A stretch of DNA of 63,025 nucleotides, filler included, from Bigelowiella natans CCMP2755 (Eukaryota; Protista; Cercozoa), in assembly GCA_000320545.1 (NCBI GenBank). It is 5 parts of 5 records of this genome, joined end to end, with 100 filler letters (N's around TTAATTAATTAA, not from the genome) between each part and the next. Parts side by side here need not be neighbours in the genome. Positions count along the whole stretch, not along the records: positions 23,644 to 36,647 come from ADNK01001792.1; positions 36,748 to 43,202 come from ADNK01003075.1; positions 43,303 to 56,167 come from ADNK01001253.1; 2 more parts are not named here. The stretch is one strand, 5' to 3'. The number at the start of each line of letters is the position of its first letter. Positions within the stretch are counted from its first letter, which is position 1. Shown in pieces: positions 30,820 through 46,699 of the stretch. The notes under the pieces were generated by a model. That model did not search any database. It saw nothing but the letters and a program-made list of their open reading frames with translations, and was not told where the DNA came from. Made by a program: the position numbers and the translations under genes.

Positions 30820-31753
30820 ATGAGCTACATATTGAAAGATGCTGATAAAATTGTAAAACTGTATTAATACGGTCTCAGGAGGAGCTCAGCAGAGCAGTTC
30901 TCGATTCTGCAGGTGCATTCTCACTCTTACAACCTGCGGTTGCTATCGAGATGATACGCTGTGCGGCGTCTACTCCTCCTCCACAACAAGTGATAAATAG
31001 CTTTGCCTATGTGATATGCGTGTAATTCTAAAATCAGAACCTGCAAAAACGATGCAAGCCCGCGGATTTAGAGACTGCAGCGCTCGCATTTGAGGCCTGT
31101 CAGCAGCTTTTCTATCACACCTCCGAGGTGAGACCTCCATGCTTTCCAAAGGCCTATTTGTGAGGATGTTTCTGCGAACCAGGAAAGAAAGTTTTCTGTA
31201 TTGCTTGGGACGATTGATCGATGGTTCCATTCCATCCCCGCTAATCACTCTCCCCCCCTCAGGCATTGAGAGCTTTCGGGCTGTTTTGCATACTTGAGCC
31301 AGAAGAAGCACCTCTGGAGATCGCCCCGTTACCAACAAAGTGAGTCAGTTAAAAATTTGGAAAGGAAAGGAAAAGCAATTCGATAGTGATAACGAATAAT
31401 CTAGGTCCAGGGAGAGAAAACAATGCATGTTATATGGAGAGACGATGGTTCTCTACTACCGTTGACATGTACAACTAAGGTTGATAGGGAGGCCCGAACG
31501 ACATTGTCATATTTGATGGCATGTATCGCCCGTTCGTTAAGTAGTGATTTTGCACGAAGTACCTTCTTATTCTCTTTGTAATATTATTAAAAGGATTGTG
31601 AACAATGCCCCTGCCAAGAAGAAGCCTCCATCCGTGTCTCGGAACTCATCAAAATCGACCTCATCGCGCAAGTCAGCTGACAGTAAGAAGCAGGAAACCA
31701 TCCCCATTACGCGGAAGAGCATGTCGCTTCGAGGCAAATTGAGCAACACATGA
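23660..31753 (+). CDS. Large hypothetical multi-exon gene (possibly more than one), microsatellite-rich introns, 5'-truncated
   Basis: Series of plus-strand AG..GT-bounded open exons (LQLRLRIVTEGSLAKDK, KRLEKEIYDTQ, NLMAEHLKMTLGIDIR, TLTHLNKRLEENDDLSK, NHEIRFKFPLQRIDPLPHF, FLSAVSHIWDDIKARK) and a terminal Ser/Lys-rich exon ending 31753. No family recognised. Confidence 0.5.
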
Positions 31754-32397
31754 GAGAGCCATCGTGGTATGTGCAAGGGCTATGATCCCGTTTGTGTCAC
31801 GTACATGTTGATCTTTCGCGAGGCGGTGTCTACGTTGTTATTCGATCACGCGTGTCAGACATGTGCAGCGTGTCTGTGGCGATCCACATGTACATTGATA
31901 CATGAAGAAAATACATGGAAATAATTACTTCAATCGTCAGGCTTGACAAATGAATTCATGATATTGCCATAAAATGTCAGCCCGCGCACGCCGGAAACTT
32001 GTGTTCACGCCGCATACGTACAGTATACAACGCAAATCATGTGTATGTAATTTTAACTTCACCATATTGCGCAGGAACACATGCAGCTTGCACGTACAGA
32101 GTGTAGAGCGAGAGCTATAACAGCATGCAATGCATGCCAATCATTTATAATCATCATATGAATCATACGATGAGGCGGCGCGCTTATATTTATCTGGGGA
32201 AGACCCCTATATGCAAACAGAAATGCGTTGTTGTAGCATACACCCGCACTACTAGATTATTATTCATTGCGCCGTCATCGTCTACACATTTTAATTGATT
32301 TATCACTACTATAGATTCGATCGGCATACGACAATACATGAATACAGACTTACCCATGTACAATCATAAATTATAAGTGCTACTACTGATTTCTGCC

Positions 32398-33159
32398 CTA
32401 CAACTTTTGTTTTTTCTTGGGTGGGGGTGGCATTAGCATGGGCAAAGAGGATGATGCCTCAGCAGCTGCAGCAGATTTCTCGTCTTCTGCAGGAGCGTCT
32501 CCGTCGTTCTTCTTCAATGAAGGCGAGCGCGGCTTGGAAAACACATATAGCTCATTACCTGGAATGGACGAAACATGATTAAGAATAATAAATGACATAG
32601 AGTGCTCACAAGGCACAGCAGCTACTCGCACAACACCTAGCCGAACCTAGCATCAGCGTGAAATAGGTCATCCCAAAACTGGACAATTCACATCAACAAT
32701 GGTTGCATGCTTTTTCGTTTTAGCTACTACCCATAGAGCCAGGTGTGTGGCCTCCGGTTGACGCTTGTGAGAGATCCCATCCTTCCGACTCAATCGCGTC
32801 CATTACATTTCGGAGGGTGAGGTCAGTTCTATTCCAATACAGCAGCATGATTATCTTATGTTGGGTGATAATGACTAACAGGTGGACACTCTGTAGTTAA
32901 GCGTATCTAAGTAGTAACATGGCGTCTTCCTCCCCTCTTTCTACTGCTACCACTACTACTACTCCTACTACTACTACCACTGCTACTTCTTCTACTACCT
33001 GGCCATATCACCAGTGACCCTCGTTTCATCGTTCATTTTCATCTGGAACGAGATCTTCGCAGGTCCTAGTTGTTTTATTGACGTGTTGATGAAGCAAGGT
33101 TACAATCTTGATATTCTTTCCCTCTATTGCCAATGATCATCTTCATCATCATAACAACC

Positions 33160-33224
<65 letters not shown>

Positions 33225-33351
33225 CTTCCTCCTCATCCCCATCATCATCACTCATTTTTCTTGCCTTTGCAAGCTTCCGAACAAGCGGCACAGGAGCTTC
33301 CAGTTTAAAAAACCGGTACTTGTTGTCATAGCGAAGAATAACAAACGGCAT
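32398..33351 (-). CDS. Small hypothetical multi-exon protein
   Basis: MPFVILRYDNKYRFFKLEAP..., GKNIKIVTLLHQHV..., TDLTLRNVMDAIESEGWDLSQASTGG, GNELYVFSKP...PPPKKKQKL*, with GT-AG borders; divergent from the AKR gene. Confidence 0.55.
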
Positions 33352-33650
33352 ATCCTCCGGACGGGTCACCCACGCAGCAACAAAGCGATGTACTGCGGGT
33401 GCGGAACGATCCTTAGGCGGCACTGGATGAAAGTCTCTTCGGAGGGGGAGAGGGCGCGCGATGCATGTATGCACCGAGTGTTTATGAGTTATGTCTGAAT
33501 CAAACGAAAATGATAAAAAAATCGCCTGAAATACCGACCGTTTATTACCCGCGACAACACCATTTGTTGTCGCATTGAATAAAAGGAACGCAGACCTTCC
33601 TAACGAGCAGACCACGTCGACGGCACGCGAGGAGCACACAACAGCACACG

Positions 33651-34359
33651 ATGGAACCAAGCGCCTCCAAAGACTGCAAGATGGAATACAACACGCTAGG
33701 AAGCTCGGATGTGAAAGTATCGGAGGTACGTTGACCCTGCCTGCGCCATTTCTGCTCGTCCGGTGGTGCTAATCCAGCGCTCTTTCCAACCTCAGTTGTG
33801 CTTTGGGACTATGACCTTTGGAGTTCAAAACTCAAAGGGTGAGGGAGAGCAGAGAGAGGAGGAAAATAAGAGGAGGAGAAGGAGGAGGAGGAGGAGGATG
33901 AAAAGGGGGGGGAGGGAATATTTAATCGAATTTCAACAAATCCCAACACCTCATATTATTCAATGGAGACGTCCATTGGATGTTCCAACGCACATTCGAA
34001 ACGATAATAGGCCAATACGATTACGAGTTGGCGGTATTTTGTAAATTTCCTTAGAACAAGCGTTCGAGATGCTAGATTACGCCTATAAGTGCGGTGTAAA
34101 CTTCATCGATACGGCTGAGATGTACCCTGGTAATAAATGCTACTTCTTGGATTGCTCGTCGCCATTATCATCATCACTCTTTTTGTATACATGCACGACC
34201 GTGACTAGTCCCCCCGACGGAGAAAACACAGGTAGAAGTTATGATTGATGGTCTACTGCCCTGCCTAGATGAGCCAGACTGATGTTAGTGGACGAGGATG
34301 ATGATGATGATGATGAAATTATTAAAAGCTAAAACATCACTCGATAATTTCCCCACGAT

Positions 34360-34402
<43 letters not shown>

Positions 34403-35127
34403 ATCAGGGCTTATCGGAGAAAATAGTAGGCGCGTGGATGAAGGAGAGAGGAATCCGTGATAAGATCGTTCTTGCAACGAAGGTGCACGCAGATTACTAA
34501 TATTTTCATAGTGCATATTGGAAAAGCTGTTGTGTTTGTTTCTCACTCTCTTCTTATGTAGGTTACCGGGAGGAGTGAAGCTAAGGGTTATGTCAACAAG
34601 ACAAGGGGCCTGGGCGATGATAAGAAATGCGCTACGTTGGATGAGAAGAGGTAGAAGAAAAAAGAATCGTGGAAATAACAATGACGACGACAACATGATG
34701 AGAGGGAGGGGAGGAAGATAGATGGGGGCTATTGCAATCGTGGGAGTGGCGCTGATGAGCGAAAAGAACACTAGTACACACGCCAACACACGTCCTGCAA
34801 AGGATACATTTCTTTTATAATAAACATTTTGTAAATATAATATACATTATTTATCTGTGGTACATACATCATCATCATCATCATCATCATCATCATGTTT
34901 TAGCATTTTGGCCGCTTGTGATGCAAGCTTGAAACGACTCCAGACCGATTACATCGACCTGTACCAGGTGGCCCTCCTGTAGCTGTGCAATCGACGTTCG
35001 CGCGCGCACGCACACACACATATACACAAAATGTTATGGCGACGACGATATGTAAAAAGGCAACACCAGCGACACTATCGGCAGTCTAAACATGTCTGAT
35101 ATAGCGAACGAGCAAGCCTTTGTGAAA

Positions 35128-35163
<36 letters not shown>

Positions 35164-35852
35164 CTGATGCTGTGCAATTTCAGTAGTATATCAAAGCATA
35201 TTTCAGCATTATATGTGTGTTTATAATATCAGATTCACTGGCCAGACCGTTACGTGCCGTTGTTCGGAAGGGCACGTTACGATAGGACGAAAGAGCATGC
35301 TGACTATGCGTCATTTGAAGACCAGGTGGATGGTGATGATGATGATGATGATGATAATGATACATAGAAGCTGCTCCTGTACTACACGTGATGATATTGT
35401 TGTTCTTGGACGGCATACCTACAAACACCAGCTTATCTTCACTTGACGCCATGATCATCATCACCCTTCTCGTCATCGTCATCGTTGATTCGCTGATGTT
35501 GTTCTCATTGATTATCACCGTCATCATCAAGAACGGGGGGGTACTAGTACCATCATCATCTTTGCCATGCCACACATATAATCGATGCTGCCGCTGCTGC
35601 TGCTTTTTGTTGATGAAGGTTATAGCCATTGGAAAGCTCATCAAAGCTGGCAAGATCAAGCATTGGGTGCATGCATAAATAGTGTTTTTAGTGGGCAGCA
35701 GACCGAGTTGTAGTGTCAATATGGTGAGTAACACGTTGCTGTTTTCCTTTCTATTCCTCTTCGTTATGAACATCCTTGCAGGGATTGAGTAACGAGACTA
35801 CATGGGGGGTTACTAACTTCTTCTTCGCGTGCAAGAAACATGGTGTGTCTGT

Positions 35853-35894
<42 letters not shown>

Positions 35895-36137
35895 GTGCGC
35901 GTGTGAGTGTGTGAGCATCCTTCAGCGCCTACCCACCATGACTTATAAACCGTGATGAGGAGGAGGACGTTGGATGATGATGACGAAGAAAAAAAAGAAG
36001 AAGAGGATAGTGATAATGATGATGATGGTAGCAACCTGATGATGATTCCAAGTAGATATCTCAAGTATATGTATTATAACATCTATACTTTTCTCTCCCC
36101 CCCTCTCTCTCTCTCTTCTGAGCATATGCGTATGTGC

Positions 36138-36170
<33 letters not shown>

Positions 36171-36216
36171 TTTGTGTGTGTTCAGGAGTACCGATTCCTA
36201 TTACCATCCAAAACAG

Positions 36217-36247
<31 letters not shown>

Positions 36248-36510
36248 TATTCGTTATCGTCGATTACACTATAACGTGCTTTGTGTGCGCATATATGCTG
36301 CTTTTGCCGGCACATCGTTCAAATCTCTATTTTTCGTCGTGATATAATGATAAGCGCTGCTGCTGCTACTTCCTTGCAATGAAGCTGCTCGCATGGTATG
36401 ATTGACGCTATCATCATCACCATACACATCATCATCATCATCATCATCATCAGCTATTCTCTACTACACCGCAACTTTGAATACGAGTTAGCTGAAGCAT
36501 GTTCCCCTCG
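33651..36510 (+). CDS. NADP(H)-dependent aldo-keto reductase, Tas-like; 3'-truncated by gap
   Basis: Exons give LGSSDVKVSE|LCFGTMTFG, GVNFIDTAEMYP, IVLATK|V, SLKRLQTDYIDLYQ|IHWPDRY, GKIKHW|GLSNET and YSLLHR: AKR catalytic D, Y, K, H residues in Tas-like contexts. Confidence 0.92.
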
Positions 36511-36543
36511 GTACTACTCCAACGACACCTATTACTGCCGTCG

Positions 36544-36578
<35 letters not shown>

Positions 36579-36647
36579 GGAGGAGAGGAGGAGGAGGAGG
36601 AGGAGGGGAGGTAGGGGGGGGGGGGGGTAGTAGGTGGTAGGTAAGGG

Positions 36648-36747
36648 NNNNNNNNNNNNNNNNNNNNNNNNNNNNNNNNNNNNNNNNNNNNTTAATTAAT
36701 TAANNNNNNNNNNNNNNNNNNNNNNNNNNNNNNNNNNNNNNNNNNNN
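36648..36747. other. Artificial contig linker
   Basis: N44-TTAATTAATTAA-N44. Confidence 0.98.
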
Positions 36748-36983
36748 GACACCCACGCACACACGCACGCACACACGCACGCACGCACACACTGCCCACC
36801 CCGACCCCCCCAACGACATACGGATTAAAAATTATTGACATAAAGATATAGAAACTAATATACACTGAGGTGTCGCGCCATGGCGCCCTCTCCCTCTCTC
36901 CCTCTCTCCACGCGAGCGCGCGCGCGCGCGCGCGCCATTCCCCATCCCCCCCCCCCCCCCCCCCCGTACTAACCCCGACTCAG

Positions 36984-37087
36984 ATTGGAAAAGCAAAGCT
37001 CTGCAAGAGCGGCAGCGACGTAAGCTGCGAGCCTGCGTAGTGTGTGTCAGTTGCACATTCATTTTTGCAGATGGACACACATATCAC

Positions 37088-37130
<43 letters not shown>

Positions 37131-37367
37131 TTAGAATATATAAATGCTATATATTTTGCCATTAATGTTCAAAACAATTTTGCTCAAAGGTTGCCCTCGT
37201 CGGCATCGGAGCGTCGGTGAATGAGTGCCTGGAGGCAGCGGAGATTCTCCAGAACGACTACGACGTGTCCGCCACCGTCGTAGACGCGCGGTTCTGCAAG
37301 CCGATTGATAAGGAGATGATGGCGCAGCTGGCGAGGGAGCACCCTGCGCTTTTAACGGTATTAATAT

Positions 37368-37399
<32 letters not shown>

Positions 37400-37999
37400 A
37401 TAGCAGTAGTCGTGGTAATAGTGATGCACACACACACACACACACACACGCGCGCGCGCGAATATTTATACTTTAGATATAGATCCGCAACGGCGACGCA
37501 CATCGCCGAAACAGCCCAAAAACAGCACAACAATGATGATGATATGATGATGATGATGATGATGACGGTGGCTGACGAATGCCTACGTGCGTGCGTCGCA
37601 CACTGACATCTCGCACAGGTTGAGGAGAATTCCATCGGGGGATTCGGCTCGCAGGTGACGCAGTACCTCTGCGAGGAGGGCTTCCTCGACGACGGCAAGC
37701 TGCGCCTCCGCCCCCTTGTCCTTCCGGATGTTTTCATCGAGCACGCGACGAAGGAGTCGCAGGTCGCACAGGCCGGCCTCTCCGCCAAGAACATCGTCGC
37801 GCAGGTGCTCGGCGTGCTGCGGCGCCAAAAGCAGAAGGCCGACGCCGACGAGGAGGTGCGGCTGGCGGAGCAGGCAAGGGAGGAGGAGGCGAAGAAGAAC
37901 ATAAACGCGAAGCTAGAGGCGGCCGCCGCGGCGTCGTCATCGTCGAGGCCAAGGGTCAGGAACGGCCCGGATGGAATCCTCGTGGAACTTGAGGAGTAA
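36984..37999 (+). CDS. DXS: 1-deoxy-D-xylulose-5-phosphate synthase, last three exons
   Basis: IGKAKLCKSGSD|VALVGIG...VVDARFCKPID...LLT|VEENSIGGFGSQV...LDDGKLRLRPLVLPDVFIEH...AGLS matches the transketolase-C domain of plant/algal DXS. Confidence 0.93.
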
Positions 38000-39199
38000 A
38001 TAATAGGAAGGAGAGAGAGGGGGGGGGGGGAGGTGTTTCGCGTCGTTCGTCATCATTATCAGCGAGTGGGAGGCACTATAGAGATCTTACTATCCTTCCT
38101 TGATTGAATCCTTTACACGACGCGCATCATCACTACCATCACCATCACCACCATTCCCATTGCCATCCACCCCCCCCCGCCACCACCCCACACCACCACC
38201 TCCTCCTCGGCCATCGCTACTTATCACCAGGCAATATCTTTTACTATAGAGCCTCCTTAGAATAATAGCGACGACGACGTTGTAGTTCCTTGCTGTAAAC
38301 GCGCGTCGTGCCACGTAGCAAGCTAAAGCTTAGAACCATCGAGAATTCAGTCAGCAAGTAGTGCAGTGTAGTAGTGAGGACTAAATCTAATAATGCTCAT
38401 TGAAGAGTAGCTGTCGGATTGCAGCAATATGTATTATTTTGGCAATAACATCATCACCGTCACTTAATAGCAGATCTGTCAGAAGTGTGGATGATTATTT
38501 ATCTATCTGCTAATCATTGTGCAGGCATGCATTTCATTTTTGCACGCATAGCTCTAAACACCAATCTAGATGTATATGCAGCGCAGCGCATAAATGGTCG
38601 TTGCGTCACATTTAAATTACAAGTAATTCACATACGTCAGCGTATCTCTGTGCGGTATCACATGGCATCAAGGGCATCATGCGTGCAGAAGGCTCATGCG
38701 CAATTAATGCTAATGTTGTCAAAAGAGTTTCCATTTTACGCCCCGCTAGCTTTGATCGATGTGCACACTAGCATGTGCAACTGATCATGCTAGCATGTGC
38801 GTAGCGTCGATCTTGTGTCTTCTAGTCGCACGCGACGGCACAGCAGCACCTCAAGCAGAACGTCTGCATGAAAAGAGCGGTGTGAGCTCAACGTCTAGAT
38901 GATAGCACACATCATGTAATTGTTCATACTTCCTGCCGCATCTTTGCGCAGCTACATTGGGATGACAACAATTGGAAAAGTGAAATCCATCCCATGACAT
39001 CCGCCTCATAGCTCTTGCCGTGCGTCGATCGTTTGTGTATGATAATAATAATGATAACAATGCACAGCGCATGCACGCTCTTCTGCACGTGCCTGTATCA
39101 TGCATATGATGATTTTAACATCGCGACAAATCTAGCTTGTGGATTGATATTATAACAACACTTCCTCTTGTGCTTTGCATGTGTTCGTACTCAGCGCCG

Positions 39200-41801
<2,602 letters not shown>

Positions 41802-42558
41802 GGCAGCCAGCCTGGCTCCCGAAGACTGTCGAGAGGAACAAAAATAATTTGAAAAATAGTCCAATTTTGATACTGCGACATCGAAAAATCGCCGTCGCAA
41901 GTCGAAGATTATCGGTTCTGCTTGGACAGGCTTTGGATCCCGATTGAACACGTGCCCCCTGGGTTCCGATTATAGTTTCGGCGAATTCTCGGGGAATTTT
42001 CTGGCGATCATAATGACTATTCGGGCAGGATTCCGAGCCGAGGTTGACGTAGCTGCAGCGGGTTCTGCCGACGACATGTGCAGTAAAATCGAGAAAACAA
42101 TTCGAAGATAAGAACTCACACCACTGCGATATATTCTGCACTAATTTGAGACTAAAACTCTGACACAATACCACATTCGGCTCGATGCCCAACGCGGACG
42201 TCGTCACTTCGCTGAACAGTTGAGTTGAGAGCAACGAAAGCGGCCCGCCCCCTCCCCGCGGCGACACCATCTTCGTCAGATGCCGGTAGGAAGAAGGGGC
42301 TCTGGAAGTGCTGCCCCCCCCCCCCCTCCCCGTCGTTCCTCGAGAAATTCCTAGTTTCGTAGACTTTCTACCTCCGATCGAAAACAACGATGAGATAGAG
42401 ATGCGAGCGTGAGGCGGGACTCTCGGATTCCACCTCCGTTAGTGTGTGTAGAGATCTTATCCTTGCGCACGCGCGCGCGCGCGCGCGTGTGTGTGTGTGT
42501 GCGTGTGTGTGTGCGTGTGTGTGTGCGACTCGATGTATCTAACTTCTTGGAACTCCAG

Positions 42559-43107
42559 CTCAACCCGTCAGCGTACCTCCAGAAATTCGGTGATAACGTA
42601 CACAAATTCACACTCCTGCAAGCCTCGCTTATCGACCGCAATGCTGAGCTGTTTTTGATACGTAGTCACCTAACAGTACGTCGGCGTTGTGTGCGTCATT
42701 CTTTAGCCTCCGTTTCTCCTCTCATCCTTTCTTTGCTTTGCTCGTGGATTCGCCTTTTACGCGCATATAGGCTGGAGCAAGGGCGATGGCCTTGGGAAAA
42801 ACAGCACGGGAATTAAGTCAGTAGCACTACATAATCTGAAGCATTAGCGAACACACAAACACGCGCGCGCGGGCACGCACGGGTACGATGCTTGAATTTG
42901 GTTATTCCCATAAGGATGGCGCACGGCATTTCTTTCTCGCCTTCACGTTTTTACTCTTGTCGTTGTCGTCATCGTCGTCGTCGTTCTTGTTGTTGTTTCT
43001 CGTTGTTTTCTTAATCCACCCGTTATTGTTGCTTGGCAGAACCTTCGTGAAGGTGAGCAAGAGGGAGAGGGATGACATGACTGGAATTGGAACTTCATCC
43101 GAAAGGG
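42559..43107 (+). CDS. G-patch domain protein, N-terminal exons; truncated by gap
   Basis: Exons 42559-42589, 42771-42816 and 43040-~43107 join to LNPSAYLQKFGWSKGDGLGKNSTGIKTFVKVSKRERDDMTGIG, the G-patch consensus. Start codon lies further upstream and is unresolved. Confidence 0.8.
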
Positions 43108-43121
43108 TATCATTTCGTGCT

Positions 43122-43202
<81 letters not shown>

Positions 43203-43302
43203 NNNNNNNNNNNNNNNNNNNNNNNNNNNNNNNNNNNNNNNNNNNNTTAATTAATTAANNNNNNNNNNNNNNNNNNNNNNNNNNNNNNNNNNNNNNNNNN
43301 NN
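43203..43302. other. Artificial contig linker
   Basis: N44-TTAATTAATTAA-N44. Confidence 0.98.
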
Positions 43303-43347
43303 GTCCCCCAATCTAACCAGCGCTGCCCCCCCCCCCTACTATCCCAG

Positions 43348-43752
43348 GTTTCGCACTACACGTTCAAGTGGGAGTTCCACTGTGTCCCCCTTGGATCATC
43401 GGAGCAACAGCGCCGATTTATCAAAGATCATGTCGTGCTCGATTTGTTGGCGGCCATTAAAGAGCAGGCATTCATGCTCAAGACGCAATCCAGCGCCATT
43501 CCGTCTCTATCGAACGCAGAGCTCAGGGAGCAGTTCAAAGCCTTCGATGATGGAGAGGAGGGGGGCGGTGGCAGCAGCGGCAGCTATACGCTGAAGAGCG
43601 CGTTGGAAGACGTGGTGAAGAGTCAGGCAGCAAGGAAGGTGCGGGATTTGGGGAGGCTGGGGGAAAAGGGGGGGATATGTATGTCTTGTTCTTGTGCTTC
43701 TCCTGTGTGTGTGCGTGTGTGCGTCCCGCGATTTCTACATCTGGCCGCATAA

Positions 43753-43792
<40 letters not shown>

Positions 43793-44071
43793 TTATAATC
43801 ATAACCAACACGAAAGGAACCTGTGGTTGAAGAGAAGGCCAGCAACGTCGATGTGGACGGCGACGACGGCGACTTATTCCGAGATGACTTTGGCAGCATA
43901 GGGGGGGGGATGATGATGGAAGATCTAGGTGGCGGTGCTGCTCCCGCGACACAAATAAGTAGCGAGAGTGTAGCCCCGAGCGACGACTGCAAACACCAGC
44001 AAGATGACGAGCCTGAGGTGAAACAAAGGCCGAAAAAGAAGCGGAGGAAGAAGGCTAAGAAATTCGTGTGA
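43348..44071 (+). CDS. XLF/Cernunnos (NHEJ1)-like protein, last two exons
   Basis: Exon 43348-43638 YTFKWEFHCVPLGSSEQQRRFIKDHVVLDLL resembles the XLF head/coil junction (F-x-W-x-F-H-C). Exon 43817-44071 is an acidic linker ending KKKRRKKAKKFV*, like the XLF C-terminal Ku-binding motif. Confidence 0.6.
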
Positions 44072-44929
44072 GCGCATCATCAAGAAGGTCTAATCTTATC
44101 GGCACTGCGTGTCGCATCATGTCTATCTAACCATGCTTTATTGGGCGGTGCACGATTATACGTTTTCTCTTCTCTAAAAAGAATCGAGATCGCGAACACC
44201 ATGCATGCGACTGCTGTGTAAAGCGTCGAATGTGTGCCAATGGCATCATCGCCGTGTGTCTAGTGTGTGGTCATGGAGCGACTACGCTGCTTTCATTTCT
44301 AAATATACATTCACCCACGGTACGTGCATGCCGACGGTGCACGTGGCTGCTCGGGCATTGGAGGTTTGCATCGATGCATGCATGTGCTATTATTTTATTC
44401 ATGCATGATGACACATGTGTATGTGTGCCCGCAACCAGTGTTAGCGGAGGCAAATACTAACATAATGAATATGGTTTGAGCGCTGTAGCCGCAGCTGTGC
44501 AAAGCTGCTACAAAAGAATGACAATTGAAAATTCTTAACGTGCTCATTACACCCATCTCATGTGCCCACGCTAACTATAGCAGCGCTGTACACAACCGAT
44601 TGCACTATACGCAAGAAGCAAGCCTCCCCTCTCACACGTGTGAAAGGCATTGAGTCCGATAACATAAAACTATCACCGTTTTGGGTGTTGTTGTCGTAAG
44701 GGATACTGCTAGCTCCGCCTTTGAAACCCATTCTTTTGCTAGCCTTTTCGTCGTTGACGTATTGAATATTTTCTCGTTACAGCTTCACCGCCCATCAATA
44801 TGTCGTCGAGGACGCTCGAAAGCTGTGAAAATTGAACAAGCATCATGTGTGCTTACGGCATTTGTTATTCATGCATTTCGATGAGGGAAAGCTAACGCTC
44901 AATGATTTGTTTTTAGCTGTAGTTCCGAG

Positions 44930-46123
44930 GCTGTTCTTCAGATACCAAAACGCACGCTCCGGCGAAAGGACCGCGCAGCAGCAGCCGCGCAGGATCATTG
45001 TTGACCTTTGTTCGCTTCTCCTTTTCAAGACTTGCTTTTACTCGCCAGTGACGCTGTGCTCTCGCCTAACATTACAACGCGCATCGGATCTTAGCTGGTG
45101 TGAGTGTGGGCGGTTACGAAATCAAAGGCTATTGTTACCTGCGGGATCTTCAGCAGAGTGTAGGCTCTTTGCCACCTATTGATTACCAAACGTCTCCGCC
45201 GTGTCTTCCAACCGACGGCCCTCCCTTCTCCAATGTCGCTATCACCAAAACCACCCTCAGATTTGAACACCCTCATGGAGGAGGAGGAGGAGGAGAGCTT
45301 GCGATCGTTCTCGAGGTCCTTTCTCAAAGGCCTTGTCAATTGTCTTTCCTTCGATTGCGAGGTACAACAGCAGCATAGCAGCAGCATCAAAGCAAAAACT
45401 GGCTTCAGGGAATCGATAGCAGCAGTAACAGATACTTCCATTAGACCACACGGGGACACCACCTCGCAGCCCTCTATATTCTCTTTCTAGACATGCACAG
45501 TAAAACCTGCTTGCCAGCGCCGACGACATTAGATATGCTTGAAATCATCGACCTTACAGCGGATTCAAAGCCCTTTGATTCCTGAATAGTGCACGTCGTG
45601 TAAATGCATTTACGAAGTATATGCTGCTGCCCCTATCATCCAGAGGTAGGTGCAATGACACCTGCGAGTCCAACGATCGCTTCTTGGAAGAATTGATCTT
45701 CAGTGCGAACATTCTTGCTGCCTATTTATTGAGTGAAAGCGCGCCAGATCTAGCTGAGGCATATTTGTGTGTACTTTCATGCGTGCCGAGCAATATCTCA
45801 TTAAAAAACCATGCGCATTACTACACTCGAAAGTCGCCAGCGAAGGTAAGACGACTTCAATAAGAAAAACGGAGGCTATTCCTAAACAAGCCACTTCGCC
45901 GTTATTAAACTCGCGAGAGCATATATCTCGATTCGAGGCAAAATTCCATGGCCATAAGCCCACTCACCTGATTGCGGATGGGGTTTCTATTCCAAACAAC
46001 AGCGAGAAGGAGAGCCTGAGAAGTAGAGAGAGTTCCCAAGCGAAAAGGAAAGGAGTTTCATCAACACGTTCTTACTCTAGTCTGTCCTATATATATGAGG
46101 ATGTCGCACATCTAGCAGGATAA
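44930..46123 (+). CDS. Hypothetical gene, poorly resolved
   Basis: Protein-like plus-strand ORF segments (45179-45361, 45645-46123) with some GT-AG sites; no motif recognised. Confidence 0.3.
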
Positions 46124-46400
46124 TAGTGCAATCAGATGACGCCGTATTTGTGATGAACGTTGAGCGAGCGATCAGTCGTATCGGCGTTGCTGGGAACACT
46201 ATAGAGATGCTGACTTTGTATGTTTGAAAGGACGAATCGAAGTCCGTGGCCCATCCAGGAAACACGGTATAGTCAATCTGAACGGTATACGAAATGATGA
46301 CGACGATGGCGGTTACGTGATAACATCAACAAAAAGGACACATTTGGCTATGCAATGCATGTGCAAGCCTCTATTTTGAGACATGTTTTACCGACAAAAT

Positions 46401-46439
<39 letters not shown>

Positions 46440-46634
46440 GTTTACTCTAAATAATTTTAAGCTTTTCATCTTAACGAACCCGAAAGATTTGCGCGACGAC
46501 TGCGATGTTGAGAATGAGAATACGATTCACCGCCGTCATCACACCAGTCAAGAGGCTATATCTGAAGGTATCGCCCATGAAGCACGCACAGTGATCCTCA
46601 GTCAAGACTCACTGTTAGCCTCACTTCACATTGC

Positions 46635-46676
<42 letters not shown>

Positions 46677-46699
46677 GTACAATTGGAGGGGAAAAGCAA

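Noticed and set aside
26871-30820. ORFs with YIYIYI, CVCVCV, THTHTH, ERERER or poly-H/S tracts
   Set aside because: Translations of intronic microsatellites.
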